Notes: generated from the sequence alone by a model not told the origin. Counted from the first letter of the stretch, positions 19,733-30,177 are shown. The stretch is DNA of 64,000 nt from an uncultured Lachnospiraceae bacterium (GCA_900317475.1 ONGY01000001.1:52759-116758), one strand, 5' to 3'. Numbers and translations are program-made.

Positions 19733-19992
19733 CAGGAACAGCTGAAAATCAGGTCCTGGGCCTTTATGACCAGTGTATTCGGTCCGGGGTTCCGGAAAAG
19801 AGGGGTGATTTATTTGCACTTCTGGAAAAGATGGATCTGAATGAAACGTATTTCTCCAAGACTGCCGAAAAAGTTGCGGAGAACAGAACAGGCATGCCGA
19901 TTATGCTGATGGAGATCGGACAGAAACAGATTGTCTATTCTATGAACAGAGAATTAGAAAGAATCGTAGTTCTGGGGATATATGATTGCTGA
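19711..19992 (+). CDS. RelE/ParE-like toxin-fold protein (divergent)
   Basis: 93 aa; N-terminal MEYTRYLTGTAENQVLGLYDQC and C-terminal GQKQIVYSMNRELERIVVLGIYD follow the RelE/ParE pattern. Confidence 0.5.
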   Translation: MEYTRYLTGTAENQVLGLYDQCIRSGVPEKRGDLFALLEKMDLNETYFSKTAEKVAENRTGMPIMLMEIGQKQIVYSMNRELERIVVLGIYDC

Positions 19993-20016
19993 AATGAGAA
20001 CACGAATGCTGTAAAC

Positions 20017-20050
20017 GGGCTGGACCTTGAACGGGTTCGGCTCTTTCTTT
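20017..20050 (+). terminator. Terminator after the TA-like pair
   Basis: GGGCTGGACC - 7 nt - GGTTCGGCTC (with G.U pairs) followed by TTTCTTT. Confidence 0.55.
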
Positions 20051-20182
20051 ATGGAGTAAATCTGTCCTGCCGGATGCCTTTTTGGCCTTTCCGCCGTGAG
20101 AGTGTATAATGATATACGGCTGGTTAAAAACGGCCCCGAGACGAATCGCCCGCGGGGGCAGGAAGCGAAGGATAAATCCATT

Positions 20183-21298
20183 ATGGTTAAATACAATCTT
20201 GATCTTTCCGGAAAAACAATTGTTGTGACCGGTTCTTCCGGATTCATCGGTTCCAATCTCTGTCTGAAGCTGATGGAAGAATGGCCGGATGCCAAAATCA
20301 TCGGTATCGATAACATGAATCATTATTATGACATCCGCCTCAAAGAGCTGCGGCTTCAGAAGCTCGTGAAAAATCCGCAGTTCACCTTCATTCTGGGGGA
20401 TATTTCGGACAAAGATACGATCGACCGGGTTTTTGCGGATTATAAACCTCAGATTATTGTGAATCTGGCGGCGCAGGCAGGTGTCCGCTGGTCGCTGGTT
20501 CATCCGGAGGACTATATCAAGTCCAATATTGTCGGTTTTTACAATATTCTTGAGGCATCCCGCCATTCTTATGACGGATTGGCCGAAGAGGAGAAAGCTG
20601 TACCGGTGAGTGCGCAGGATTATGCGAAGGGCGTTTACCACGGCGTCGAGCATCTCGTCTATGCATCGAGTTCCAGCGTATACGGGGGCAATGTGAAATA
20701 TCCGTTCTCGACAGATGATCCGGTGGATACGCCGGTCTCGCTGTATGCCGCAACGAAGAAATCAGATGAGCTGATGGCACACTGCTATTCCAAGCTGTAC
20801 GGAATTCCGTCGACCGGACTTCGTTTCTTCTCCGTCATCGGACCCGCAGGACGGCCGGACATGGCTCTCTTCAAGTTCACGGATATCTTCCGTGAGGGCG
20901 GCACAGTTGAAATTTATAACTACGGCAAGTGCAGACGCGATTTCACCTATGTCGGTGACATTGTTGAGGGAGTTACGCGCGTGATGCGGTATGCACCGGC
21001 GGAAAACAGTGTCGGCGCACGGTATAACGTTTACAACATCGGAAATTCCAATCCGGTTGAACTTCTCGACTTTGTGAAAATCCTCGAGGAGGAACTGGTC
21101 AGGGCGAAGATCGTTCCCTCGGATTATGATTTCGACGCACACAGCAGGCTTGTTCCGGCACAGCCGGGTGACGTTGTTGAGAATTACGCCGATGTGACAC
21201 CGCTGATCCGGGATTTTGACTATAAACCGAAGTCGGACCTCCGGGATGTCATCCGCGAATTCTGCGAGTGGTATGCGGGATTTTATGGAACCATCTGA
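20183..21298 (+). CDS. NAD-dependent epimerase/dehydratase (UDP-glucuronate 4-epimerase-like)
   Basis: VTGSSGFIG, NLAAQAGVR, YASSSSVYG, YAATK, LRFFSV.GP.GRPDMA, RDFTYVGD; start ATG 20183. Confidence 0.92.
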   Translation: MVKYNLDLSGKTIVVTGSSGFIGSNLCLKLMEEWPDAKIIGIDNMNHYYDIRLKELRLQKLVKNPQFTFILGDISDKDTIDRVFADYKPQIIVNLAAQAGVRWSLVHPEDYIKSNIVGFYNILEASRHSYDGLAEEEKAVPVSAQDYAKGVYHGVEHLVYASSSSVYGGNVKYPFSTDDPVDTPVSLYAATKKSDELMAHCYSKLYGIPSTGLRFFSVIGPAGRPDMALFKFTDIFREGGTVEIYNYGKCRRDFTYVGDIVEGVTRVMRYAPAENSVGARYNVYNIGNSNPVELLDFVKILEEELVRAKIVPSDYDFDAHSRLVPAQPGDVVENYADVTPLIRDFDYKPKSDLRDVIREFCEWYAGFYGTI

Positions 21299-22034
21299 TT
21301 ATGTTCTCAATTTTACCGGCTGCGTCCCGAGAAGTTTCGCGGATGCGGCCGGAATTTCTTTTCTGGACTTCAGCGGACTTTCCGGGACGCATCTTTTTCT
21401 TGACCCGGAGGCCGGGGAGACAATCCGCCGGAAGATTGCACCGTTCGGTGCGCATGGAATACATTTCATCGATACCGGAGATTACCACTATCTGTCGAAA
21501 CTGACGGCAGAGACGGCGGGCTGCCCGTTTGTGCTGGTGCTTGCAGATCACCATACGGATATGCAGGAGGGAGCTTTCGGAACGGCACTCTCGTGCGGCG
21601 ACTGGGCTGGGGCGCTGCTTCGGGAAAACAAGGCCGCCGGCTGCATTCTGATCGGGCCGCCCGGTGAATCAATCCGGAAAATTCCGGAGGATATAAGATC
21701 AAAGGTGCTGCCGCTGCAGCGGGAATGTAAGGATGCAGACAGGAATAGGGCCGCTGATTTCTGTAAGAAGCTTCCGGTCTACATTTCGATAGACAGAGAT
21801 ATTCTGCGTCCTGATGTATTCAGGACAGACTGGGATCAGGGCGATTTTTCGATGGAAGAACTTTCGTCTCTTCTCCTCGGTGTTGTGGGGGCACGAAGGT
21901 GCGGTGTCATCGGTATCGATATCTGCGGCGGCCTTGGAGCGGAAATGGCGGCATATCCGGAAAGTATGCGGCTGAACGAAAAGAACAATTTCGATCTGTA
22001 TCAATTTGCGGCCCGGCTGATCGGCCGGCAGTGA
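21285..22034 (+). CDS. Arginase/ureohydrolase-fold protein
   Basis: GDYHY, DHHTDM (DxHxD) and YISIDRDIL (SxDxD) metal motifs; start overlaps the epimerase stop and is uncertain. Confidence 0.75.
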   Translation: MEPSDYVLNFTGCVPRSFADAAGISFLDFSGLSGTHLFLDPEAGETIRRKIAPFGAHGIHFIDTGDYHYLSKLTAETAGCPFVLVLADHHTDMQEGAFGTALSCGDWAGALLRENKAAGCILIGPPGESIRKIPEDIRSKVLPLQRECKDADRNRAADFCKKLPVYISIDRDILRPDVFRTDWDQGDFSMEELSSLLLGVVGARRCGVIGIDICGGLGAEMAAYPESMRLNEKNNFDLYQFAARLIGRQ

Positions 22035-22044
22035 CAGAGGATTC

Positions 22045-24141
22045 ATGAGCATTTCGATGAACAGTCCGCTGACAGATGTCCGCGGCATCGGAGAAAAAAA
22101 TGCAAAGCTGTTCGGCAGACTTGGCATCGCGACGGTGGAAGATCTGCTGCGCTTCTATCCAAGAAGCTATGATTACTACAAGGACCCGGTTCTGGTTTCG
22201 AATGCAGTGCCGGGAGAAGTGGTATCCCTGTCACTTGGCATCGTTGGGAGCGGAACCACTTTTCATGCAAACGGAAAATCAGTGACCTATTTTACCGCCG
22301 GAAACGCCGGCGGGCAGATGCGCCTTACGTTTTTCAACCAGCCGTATCTCAAGAGGGCACTGCAGCCGGGCAGTATTCATGTGTTCCGGGGTATGCTCAA
22401 ACAGCACGGGAACGGGAATCTTTATCTTGAGCAGCCGCAGATCTTTGGGCCGGATGAGTATGAGAAACTGCGGGGAACCAGGCAGCCCCGGTACCCGCTT
22501 ACGCAGGGGCTTAAGAACAATCTCGTAATCCGGACTGTCCGGAACGTCCTTAAGGAAGTCAATCTGGACGATGTCCCGGCCGGAACATACGGGGCGGAGT
22601 TCCTGGACGAAAGAACAAGGGAGACACTTGGGCTTATTTCCGAACCGCGTGCCGCCCGGGCCATCCATTTTCCGGAGGATGAAAAGGAACAGACTGAGGC
22701 AAGGAACCGGCTTGCGTTCGATGAATTTTTCTTTTTCCTGCTCAACATCTCCGAGAGGCAGGATGAGGAAAAGAAAAGGGTCAATCCGCGGCCGATGATT
22801 GAAACCGCGGACCCTGAAAGACTGATCGAGCAGCTTCCCTATGAGCTCACGAATTCGCAGAAGAAAGCCTGGGAGGAAATCAGGGGCGATCTTTGCAGCA
22901 GCCGGCTGATGAACCGCCTGCTGCAGGGCGATGTGGGTTCCGGCAAAACAATCCTTGCCTTTCTTGCGCTTCTCCTCGCCGCCTCGAACGGCAGACAGGG
23001 GGCCCTGATGGCGCCGACCGAAGTGCTCGCAGAGCAGCACATGCAGAACCTCTCTGCCATGAAGGAGAAATACCATCTCCGGGTGAATCCGGTTCTGCTG
23101 ACGGGATCGGTGAAGGGCGCCGCGCGAAGAGAAGCTCTGAAGAAAATCGCGGATGGTACGGCGGACGTCATCATCGGCACCCATGCACTTATACAGGAGA
23201 AAGTAAATTACAAGGACCTCGGGCTTGTCATTACCGACGAGCAGCATCGTTTCGGCGTGCGGCAGAGGGAGGCACTTTCCGGAAAGGGAAGCGATGTCCC
23301 GATTCTTGTCATGAGTGCGACGCCGATACCGAGAACGCTCGCAATCATTCTGTACGGAGACCTCGATGTATCGCTGCTTACGGACATGCCTTCCAATCGT
23401 CTGAAGATCCGGAACACAGTGCTGGACGAAGGCTGGCGGAACAAATGCTTTCACTTTATCCTGAAGGAAATTCGTGCCGGGCATCAGGCATACATCGTCT
23501 GTCCGGCGGTTGAAGAGAGTGAGCTCGAGGGCGTCGCCAATGTGAAGGACTATACGGCAGCGTTAAAACAGGCGATGCCCGATAACGTCACCATCGAAGC
23601 CCTGCATGGGCGAATGAAGCCGGCGGAGAAAGAAAACATCATGAACCGCTTTGCCACGCACGAGATTGATATTCTTGTGTCCACGACCGTCATCGAGGTC
23701 GGCATCAACGTGCCGAATGCCACGGTGATGATGGTGGAGAATGCGGAGCGTTTCGGCCTGTCCCAGCTTCATCAGCTCCGCGGACGCGTCGGGAGAGGCA
23801 GCGCGCAGTCTTACTGTATTTTTCTCTATGGAAGTCAGATAAAAGAGAAGCCGGAGAGACTGTCCATTCTCGAACAGTCGACGGACGGCTTTTATATCGC
23901 GGAGAAAGACCTTGAGCTCCGGGGCCCGGGAGATCTCTTCGGTGTACGGCAGAGCGGAGAGCTTGGATTTGTGCTTGCGGATATTTACCGCGACGCCGGG
24001 CTTTTGAAGAAGGCCTCTGACCTCGCCGCGGGCATCAGCCGGAACGCATCCCGGCAGTCCGGCGGCGCGGACAGGTATTCTGCGCTGCGCCTGCGGCTCC
24101 TCCATGAGAGCGCAAAATCGGTTGACTTTCGTACTATTTAA
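22045..24141 (+). CDS. recG: ATP-dependent DNA helicase RecG
   Basis: RLLQGDVGSGKT, MAPTEVLAEQH, DEQHRFGVRQR, MSATPIPRTL, QLHQLRGRVGRG, DLELRGPG. Confidence 0.98.
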   Translation: MSISMNSPLTDVRGIGEKNAKLFGRLGIATVEDLLRFYPRSYDYYKDPVLVSNAVPGEVVSLSLGIVGSGTTFHANGKSVTYFTAGNAGGQMRLTFFNQPYLKRALQPGSIHVFRGMLKQHGNGNLYLEQPQIFGPDEYEKLRGTRQPRYPLTQGLKNNLVIRTVRNVLKEVNLDDVPAGTYGAEFLDERTRETLGLISEPRAARAIHFPEDEKEQTEARNRLAFDEFFFFLLNISERQDEEKKRVNPRPMIETADPERLIEQLPYELTNSQKKAWEEIRGDLCSSRLMNRLLQGDVGSGKTILAFLALLLAASNGRQGALMAPTEVLAEQHMQNLSAMKEKYHLRVNPVLLTGSVKGAARREALKKIADGTADVIIGTHALIQEKVNYKDLGLVITDEQHRFGVRQREALSGKGSDVPILVMSATPIPRTLAIILYGDLDVSLLTDMPSNRLKIRNTVLDEGWRNKCFHFILKEIRAGHQAYIVCPAVEESELEGVANVKDYTAALKQAMPDNVTIEALHGRMKPAEKENIMNRFATHEIDILVSTTVIEVGINVPNATVMMVENAERFGLSQLHQLRGRVGRGSAQSYCIFLYGSQIKEKPERLSILEQSTDGFYIAEKDLELRGPGDLFGVRQSGELGFVLADIYRDAGLLKKASDLAAGISRNASRQSGGADRYSALRLRLLHESAKSVDFRTI

Positions 24142-24313
24142 ATGGATAATTTAGTCTGTGTGCAAAGTGAATGAGTGTTAAAATGCTCATTTTCCACATC
24201 ATATTGTATTTCAGCTGCACATGTCAGAACTAACAAATCGATAATCCGAATATCTGTCAGTGGAAAATGATATCGGGATCTTTCGTTTCAGTGAAGACAG
24301 GGAGAAACCTGAA

Positions 24314-25195
24314 ATGTCCAATGTAGCAGTAGTTACCGACAGCAACAGCGGCATCACGCCCGAAATGGGAAAAGAGCTCGGATGTTATATCGTCCCGATG
24401 CCGTTTATGTTCGGCAATAGTGACACGACATATTATGAGAACGTCAATCTCACCCGCGATCAGTTCTTCGACAAGATGGAGTCCGGCGAGGTCGTTCACA
24501 CCAGCCAGCCGGCACCGAATGAGGTCCTGAAGGTCTGGGATGAGGCGCTGAAGGATCATGATGAGGTCGTCTATATTCCGATGAGCTCCGGGCTTTCCGG
24601 ATCCTGCCAGAGTGCGAGAATGCTCTCTGCCGATTACGATGGAAAGGTGGAGGTTGTCAATAATCAGCGCATCTCTGTCACGCAGAGGGCTTCCGTCCTC
24701 GACGCGATGGAACTCGCAAAAAGAGGCAAAACCGCTGCGGAAATCCGCGAAATTCTTGAAAGGGTGAAGTTCGACAGCAGTATCTACATCATGCTTGACA
24801 CCCTTGTGTATCTCAAGAGAGGCGGACGCATTACACCGGCGGCGGCAGCCATCGGCACGCTTCTCAGGATTAAGCCGGTTCTTCAGATCAAGGGCGAGCG
24901 GCTCGATGCATTTTCGAAGGCCCGCACGACTGCGCAGGGCAAGACCACGATGATCAATGCCATGCGCAATGATATGGAAAAGCTTTATGGCGGGACGGCT
25001 GAGGAAACCTGCTGGCTTTACGCTGTTCACGCCAATGTTCCGGATGAAGAGGCTGTTTGGCAGAAGGAAGTCCAGGACGCATTCCCGAATTTCCATGTCC
25101 GTCCGGACCGCCTGTCTTTGTCCATCTGCTGTCATATAGGACCGGGCGCGCTTGCGATCGCCTGCTCGCGAAAGCTTGATTACGATAGACTTTGA
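24314..25195 (+). CDS. DegV family fatty-acid-binding protein (FakB-like)
   Basis: VAVVTDS, TSQP, MSSGLSGS, L.YLKRGGRI, LRIKPVL, HIGPG. Confidence 0.92.
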   Translation: MSNVAVVTDSNSGITPEMGKELGCYIVPMPFMFGNSDTTYYENVNLTRDQFFDKMESGEVVHTSQPAPNEVLKVWDEALKDHDEVVYIPMSSGLSGSCQSARMLSADYDGKVEVVNNQRISVTQRASVLDAMELAKRGKTAAEIREILERVKFDSSIYIMLDTLVYLKRGGRITPAAAAIGTLLRIKPVLQIKGERLDAFSKARTTAQGKTTMINAMRNDMEKLYGGTAEETCWLYAVHANVPDEEAVWQKEVQDAFPNFHVRPDRLSLSICCHIGPGALAIACSRKLDYDRL

Positions 25196-25224
25196 GTTTT
25201 GGCTGCATTCGTTCGTCAGCGCTG

Positions 25225-25259
25225 GCCATCACCCGCAGGACGGGTGATGGCTTTACTTT
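25225..25259 (+). terminator. Terminator after degV
   Basis: GCCATCACCCG-CAGGA-CGGGTGATGGC followed by TTTACTTT. Confidence 0.8.
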
Positions 25260-25298
25260 ACAACAGGGTAATTCGGAAAACCTGTTTGGAGGATACAT

Positions 25299-27233
25299 TT
25301 GGGAAAGACAGATAATTCTTATAATGCCGGCAGCATCAAGGTGCTCGAGGGGCTCGAGGCAGTCCGCATGCGTCCGGGAATGTATATCGGGAGCACCTCA
25401 ACGAGAGGGCTGAATCACTGCGTTTACGAGATCGTGGACAACGCGGTCGATGAGCATCTGGCCGGCTACTGCGACACGATTCATGTCACGCTGGAAGAGG
25501 ACGGCTCGTGTACCGTCGAGGACAATGGCCGCGGCATCCCGGTCGGAATGCACGAGAAGGGCGTGAGTGCTGAGCGTGTTGTTCTGACGACTCTGCACGC
25601 CGGAGGAAAATTCGACAATAAGGCGTACAAGACGAGCGGCGGCCTTCACGGCGTTGGCTCATCGGTCGTCAACGCACTGTCTTCCCGCATGACGGTCACT
25701 GTCCGGAACGGCGGCTTCATCTACGAAGACAAGTACGAGCGCGGCATCCCGGTGCAGGAACTCCAGAACGGGCTTCTTCCGGTAATCGGAAAAACAAGAG
25801 GCACCGGAACGACCATCAATTTCCTGCCGGATCCGGAGATTTTCGAGAAAACCCGTTTCAAGGAGGATGAGATCAAAAGCCATCTTCACGAGACGGCTTA
25901 TCTGAATCCGAATCTGACTATTTATTATGAGGACAAGAGGGAAGGAACCCGGGAGCAGATTGTATTCCACGAGCCGGACGGAATTGTCGGGTTCATCCGC
26001 GATCTCAACAAGACCGATGAGCCTGTGACGGAGGTCATCTACTTCAAGGGGGAGAGCGAAGGAATCCAGGTAGAGGTCGCTCTTCAGTACATCAATGAAT
26101 TCCACGAGGAAGTCCTCGGCTTCTGCAACGATATTTACAATGCAGAGGGCGGATCGCATATCACCGGCTTTAAAACACAGTTCACGCAGATCATCAACAA
26201 CTATGCCCGTGAGCTGGGTGTTTTAAAAGACAAGGATATGAATTTCACCGGCACCGATGTCCGCAACGGGATGACGGCGGTGGTTTCCATCAAGCACCCG
26301 GATCCCCGTTTTGAGGGTCAGACAAAGACAAAACTTGATAATCAGGATGCGGCGAGAGTGGTGGCGAAAGTCACCGGAGATGAAATGGTCCGATATTTTG
26401 ACCGGAACCTTGACACACTCAAGGCGGTGATCGGATGCGCCGAAAAGGCCGCCAAGATCCGGAAGACGGAGGAAAAGGCCAAGACGAATCTTCTGACGAA
26501 GCCGAAGTATTCGTTTGACTCGAACGGAAAGCTCGCCAACTGTGAATCCAAAGATCCTTCGAAATGTGAGATTTTTATCGTCGAGGGCGACTCGGCCGGC
26601 GGCAGCGCGAAAATGGCGCGCGACCGCATGTACCAGGCCATCATGCCGATCCGCGGCAAAATTCTCAATGTTGAAAAGGCCTCGATCGACAAGGTTCTTG
26701 CGAATGCCGAAATCAAGGCGATGATCAATGCCTTTGGATGCGGCTTTTCGGAAGGCTACGGCAATGATTTTGATATCACGAAACTGCGGTATGACAAAAT
26801 CATCATCATGGCGGATGCCGATGTCGACGGCGCGCACATTTCGACGCTTCTGCTCACGCTGTTTTACCGGTTCATGCCGGATCTCATTTATCAGGGGCAT
26901 GTATATGTTGCCATGCCTCCGCTCTACAAGGTAATGCCGCAGAACGGAAAGGGAAAGGAAGAATATCTCTACGACGATGCGGCACTGGAGAAGTACCGCA
27001 GGAATCACAAGAACGGAACCTTTACGCTGCAGCGCTACAAGGGACTCGGTGAGATGGACCCGGAGCAGCTGTGGGAGACGACTCTTGACCCTGAGCGAAG
27101 ACAGATGCGTCAGATCCAGATCGACGATGCCAGAATGGCTTCTGACACGACCGAGCTTCTTATGGGCACCGACGTTGAGCCGCGGCGCGAGTTCATCCAC
27201 GAACACGCAAACGATGCGGAAATCGATGCCTGA
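25299..27233 (+). CDS. parE: Type IIA topoisomerase B subunit (ParE-like; GyrB family)
   Basis: LEAVRMRPGMYIGS, EIVDNAVDE, GGLHGVGSSVVNALS, VEGDSAGGS, PIRGKILNV, ADADVDGAHI, RYKGLGEM; TTG start. ParE versus GyrB is inferred from the partner. Confidence 0.8.
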   Translation: MGKTDNSYNAGSIKVLEGLEAVRMRPGMYIGSTSTRGLNHCVYEIVDNAVDEHLAGYCDTIHVTLEEDGSCTVEDNGRGIPVGMHEKGVSAERVVLTTLHAGGKFDNKAYKTSGGLHGVGSSVVNALSSRMTVTVRNGGFIYEDKYERGIPVQELQNGLLPVIGKTRGTGTTINFLPDPEIFEKTRFKEDEIKSHLHETAYLNPNLTIYYEDKREGTREQIVFHEPDGIVGFIRDLNKTDEPVTEVIYFKGESEGIQVEVALQYINEFHEEVLGFCNDIYNAEGGSHITGFKTQFTQIINNYARELGVLKDKDMNFTGTDVRNGMTAVVSIKHPDPRFEGQTKTKLDNQDAARVVAKVTGDEMVRYFDRNLDTLKAVIGCAEKAAKIRKTEEKAKTNLLTKPKYSFDSNGKLANCESKDPSKCEIFIVEGDSAGGSAKMARDRMYQAIMPIRGKILNVEKASIDKVLANAEIKAMINAFGCGFSEGYGNDFDITKLRYDKIIIMADADVDGAHISTLLLTLFYRFMPDLIYQGHVYVAMPPLYKVMPQNGKGKEEYLYDDAALEKYRRNHKNGTFTLQRYKGLGEMDPEQLWETTLDPERRQMRQIQIDDARMASDTTELLMGTDVEPRREFIHEHANDAEIDA

Positions 27234-27290
27234 TGCCGCGGGCTTCCATCTTCCATTATTCCATTAAGATAACTTCCGGAGTCTATCATC

Positions 27291-29534
27291 ATGCCAGAGA
27301 AGGAAAAAATCATTCACAGTGAATACAGCGAGCTCATGCAGAAGTCGTACATCGACTATGCCATGAGCGTTATCGTTTCGCGGGCCCTGCCGGATATCCG
27401 GGACGGCCTCAAGCCGGTTCAGCGCCGCACACTCTACGATATGTATGAGCTCGGCATCCGTTCGGACAAGCCGTACCGGAAATCGGCGCGAATCGTCGGC
27501 GACACGATGGGTAAATATCATCCCCACGGCGACAGCTCGATCTATGACTGCCTTGTCGTCATGGCGCAGGATTTCAAAAAGGAAATCCCGCTTGTCGACG
27601 GACACGGCAACTTCGGGACGATTGAGGGCGACGGCGCCGCGGCTATGCGCTACACCGAGGCAAGGCTGTCAAAGATCACCGAGGAAGCCTTCCTTGCCGA
27701 TCTGGACAAGGATGTCGTCGATTTTGAGCCGAATTTTGACGAGACCGAGAAAGAACCGACCGTCCTGCCCGTGCGCATTCCCAATTTCCTTGTAAACGGT
27801 TCGGACGGCATCGCGGTCGGCATGGCAACCAGCACGCCGCCGCACAATCTCGGAGAAGTCATCGATGCGGAGATTGCGTATCTTAACAATCCGGATATCA
27901 CTACGGAAGAACTGATGCGGTATATGCCGGGGCCGGATTTTCCGACCGGCGGTATTATCGTGAATAAGGACGATCTCCGTGAAATCTATGAAACCGGCAC
28001 GGGAAAGGTCCGCATCCGCGGCCGTGTGACCGAAGAGAAGGCAAAGAACGGGCACACAAATGTCGTCATCACGGAGATCCCGTATACGATGATCGGCTCC
28101 GGGATCGGAAAGTTTCTCTCGGATGTTGCCCAGCTGCAGGAAACCCATGTAACCAGTGACATTGTCGATATCACGAACCAGTCGTCGAAGGAGGGCATCC
28201 GCATTGTCATCGAGCTGCGGAAAGGCGCGGATGTTGAGAATTTCAAGAATCTTCTCTACACGAAAACGCGTCTTGAGGACACCTTCGGCGTCAACATGCT
28301 CGCCATCCGGGGAGGAAAACCGGAGACGCTGAACCTGAAGAGCATTCTCGAAGAGAGTGTCCGGTTCCAGTTCGAGATCAACCGCCGCAAATACACGAAT
28401 CTCCTCGGCAAGGAGCAGAAAAAGCGTGAGATCCAGGAGGGCCTGATTCAGGCGTGCAACATCATTGACCTCATCATCGAGGTCATCCGCGGGTCGAAGA
28501 CGCGGCAGCAGGCGAAGGACTGTCTCACTTCCGGAAAGGTGACCGGCATCACGTTCCGCAGCCGCGAGTCGCGCGTCATGGCGCAGAACCTTTCATTCAC
28601 CGAGGCACAGGCGGATGCCATTCTCGATATGCGCCTGTACCGTCTCATCGGACTGGAAATCGATCAGCTTACGAAGGAACATGAACAGACCGTAGCGAAC
28701 ATTTTCAAGTACGAGGACATTCTGGAGCAGCGCGGTTCGATGGAGAAGGTCATCGAGAAAGATCTTCTTTCCTACAAGAAGAATTACGCCTCCGAGCGGA
28801 AGACGGACATTATCAATGCCGGCCCGGCGGTCGTCGTCGTGAAGAAAGAGGAACCTGTCGATGTCTATTTCGTGATGGACCGCTTTGGCTACGCCAAAAC
28901 GATTGATCAGTCGACATTTGACCGCAACCAGGAGACGGTTCTTTCCGAAAACCGATATGTGATAAAAATCCGGAATGATGCAAAGGTCTGCCTCTTCACC
29001 GACACCGGGCTCATGCACACGGTGAAGGTTTCCGATCTGCCGCTTGGAAAACTGCGGGATAAGGGGGTTCCGGTCGACAATGTCAGCAACTATTCGTCCA
29101 AGAACGAGACAATCATCCTGGTCGTAAGCCAGAGCGATATCAATCTTTGCCGCTTCCTGTTTGTCACGAAGAAAGCGATGATGAAGATCGTCTCCGGCGG
29201 CGAATTCGATGTCGTCAAGAGGACCATTCAGGCGACCTCGCTGCAGGAAGGCGACAGTGTTATGAAAGTCGCCATATTGAGCGACCAGGTCAATGTCGTT
29301 CTGCAGACGCAGAAGGGATACTTTATCAAGTTCCCGATGGACCAGATTCCGGAGAAGAAGAAGAATGCAGTCGGTGTGCGCGGCATGAAGCTTACGGAAG
29401 ATGATGAACTTGAGGAAGTTTACTTTACAAAGAACCTGGAAACCACTACGATCAGATATAAAGACAAGGATGTGGATCTGAACCATCTCAAGCTTTCCTC
29501 CCGGGACGGCAGAGGTACGAAGATCAGGGTCTAG
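27291..29534 (+). CDS. parC: Type IIA topoisomerase A subunit (ParC-like; short CTD, no GyrA-box)
   Basis: [32 protein letters not shown]; 747 aa with no QxRGGxG GyrA-box in the CTD. Confidence 0.8.
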   Translation: MPEKEKIIHSEYSELMQKSYIDYAMSVIVSRALPDIRDGLKPVQRRTLYDMYELGIRSDKPYRKSARIVGDTMGKYHPHGDSSIYDCLVVMAQDFKKEIPLVDGHGNFGTIEGDGAAAMRYTEARLSKITEEAFLADLDKDVVDFEPNFDETEKEPTVLPVRIPNFLVNGSDGIAVGMATSTPPHNLGEVIDAEIAYLNNPDITTEELMRYMPGPDFPTGGIIVNKDDLREIYETGTGKVRIRGRVTEEKAKNGHTNVVITEIPYTMIGSGIGKFLSDVAQLQETHVTSDIVDITNQSSKEGIRIVIELRKGADVENFKNLLYTKTRLEDTFGVNMLAIRGGKPETLNLKSILEESVRFQFEINRRKYTNLLGKEQKKREIQEGLIQACNIIDLIIEVIRGSKTRQQAKDCLTSGKVTGITFRSRESRVMAQNLSFTEAQADAILDMRLYRLIGLEIDQLTKEHEQTVANIFKYEDILEQRGSMEKVIEKDLLSYKKNYASERKTDIINAGPAVVVVKKEEPVDVYFVMDRFGYAKTIDQSTFDRNQETVLSENRYVIKIRNDAKVCLFTDTGLMHTVKVSDLPLGKLRDKGVPVDNVSNYSSKNETIILVVSQSDINLCRFLFVTKKAMMKIVSGGEFDVVKRTIQATSLQEGDSVMKVAILSDQVNVVLQTQKGYFIKFPMDQIPEKKKNAVGVRGMKLTEDDELEEVYFTKNLETTTIRYKDKDVDLNHLKLSSRDGRGTKIRV

Positions 29535-29551
29535 AAAAGCGAAGGAGCAAA

Positions 29552-30115
29552 ATGAGAGTTATTGCAGGAAGCGCAAGAAGCATACCGCTGGTAACTCCGG
29601 AGGGCGAGGAACTCACAAGACCGACCCAGGACCGGATCAAGGAGACACTGTTCAATATCATTCAGGGATATATCCCGGGGGCGGTGTTCCTGGACCTGTG
29701 CGCGGGAAGCGGCGGCATCGGCATTGAGGCACTGAGCCGCGGCGCAAAGCGATGCTATTTTGCAGAGAACGCGCGCGAAGCCATTGCGTGCATTGAGAAG
29801 AATATACACAAAACGCATTTTGAGGATCAGTCCGTACTGATGAAGACGGATGTCCTCAATGCCGTCCGCAACATTCATGAGAAGGAAGCGGATGTCATCT
29901 ACATTGACCCGCCGTATCAGTCGGGGCTGCAGGAGAAGATTCTTTCCGTTCTGAAGGATGCGCCGTATGTGACGGAGTACACACTGATCATTGTGGAGGC
30001 AGCTCTGGAAACTGATTTTGGCTATGCCGAAGAGCTTGGCTTTGAGGTGCAGCGGGAGAAGAATTACCGGACGCAGAAGCATGTTTTTCTGAAGAAAAAG
30101 CAGGTACGGTCCTGA
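29552..30115 (+). CDS. rsmD: 16S rRNA m2G966 methyltransferase RsmD
   Basis: MRVIAG, RPTQDRIKETLFN, LDLCAGSG.IGIEALSRGA, DPPY. Confidence 0.95.
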   Translation: MRVIAGSARSIPLVTPEGEELTRPTQDRIKETLFNIIQGYIPGAVFLDLCAGSGGIGIEALSRGAKRCYFAENAREAIACIEKNIHKTHFEDQSVLMKTDVLNAVRNIHEKEADVIYIDPPYQSGLQEKILSVLKDAPYVTEYTLIIVEAALETDFGYAEELGFEVQREKNYRTQKHVFLKKKQVRS

Positions 30116-30177
30116 GAGAAAGGGCGCCCGATTATTAAAAAGGCTCCGGATGAATTCCGGAGCGGAAATGAGCAATT

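Larger units (their letters stand above)
17989..22046. mobile_element. Putative ~4-kb integrative islet between fakA and recG
   Basis: Interrupts the conserved fakA-recG adjacency; AT-rich left end; tyrosine recombinase, TA-like pair and two cargo genes; 8-bp direct repeat GGATTCAT at 17989-17996 and 22039-22046. Confidence 0.55.
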
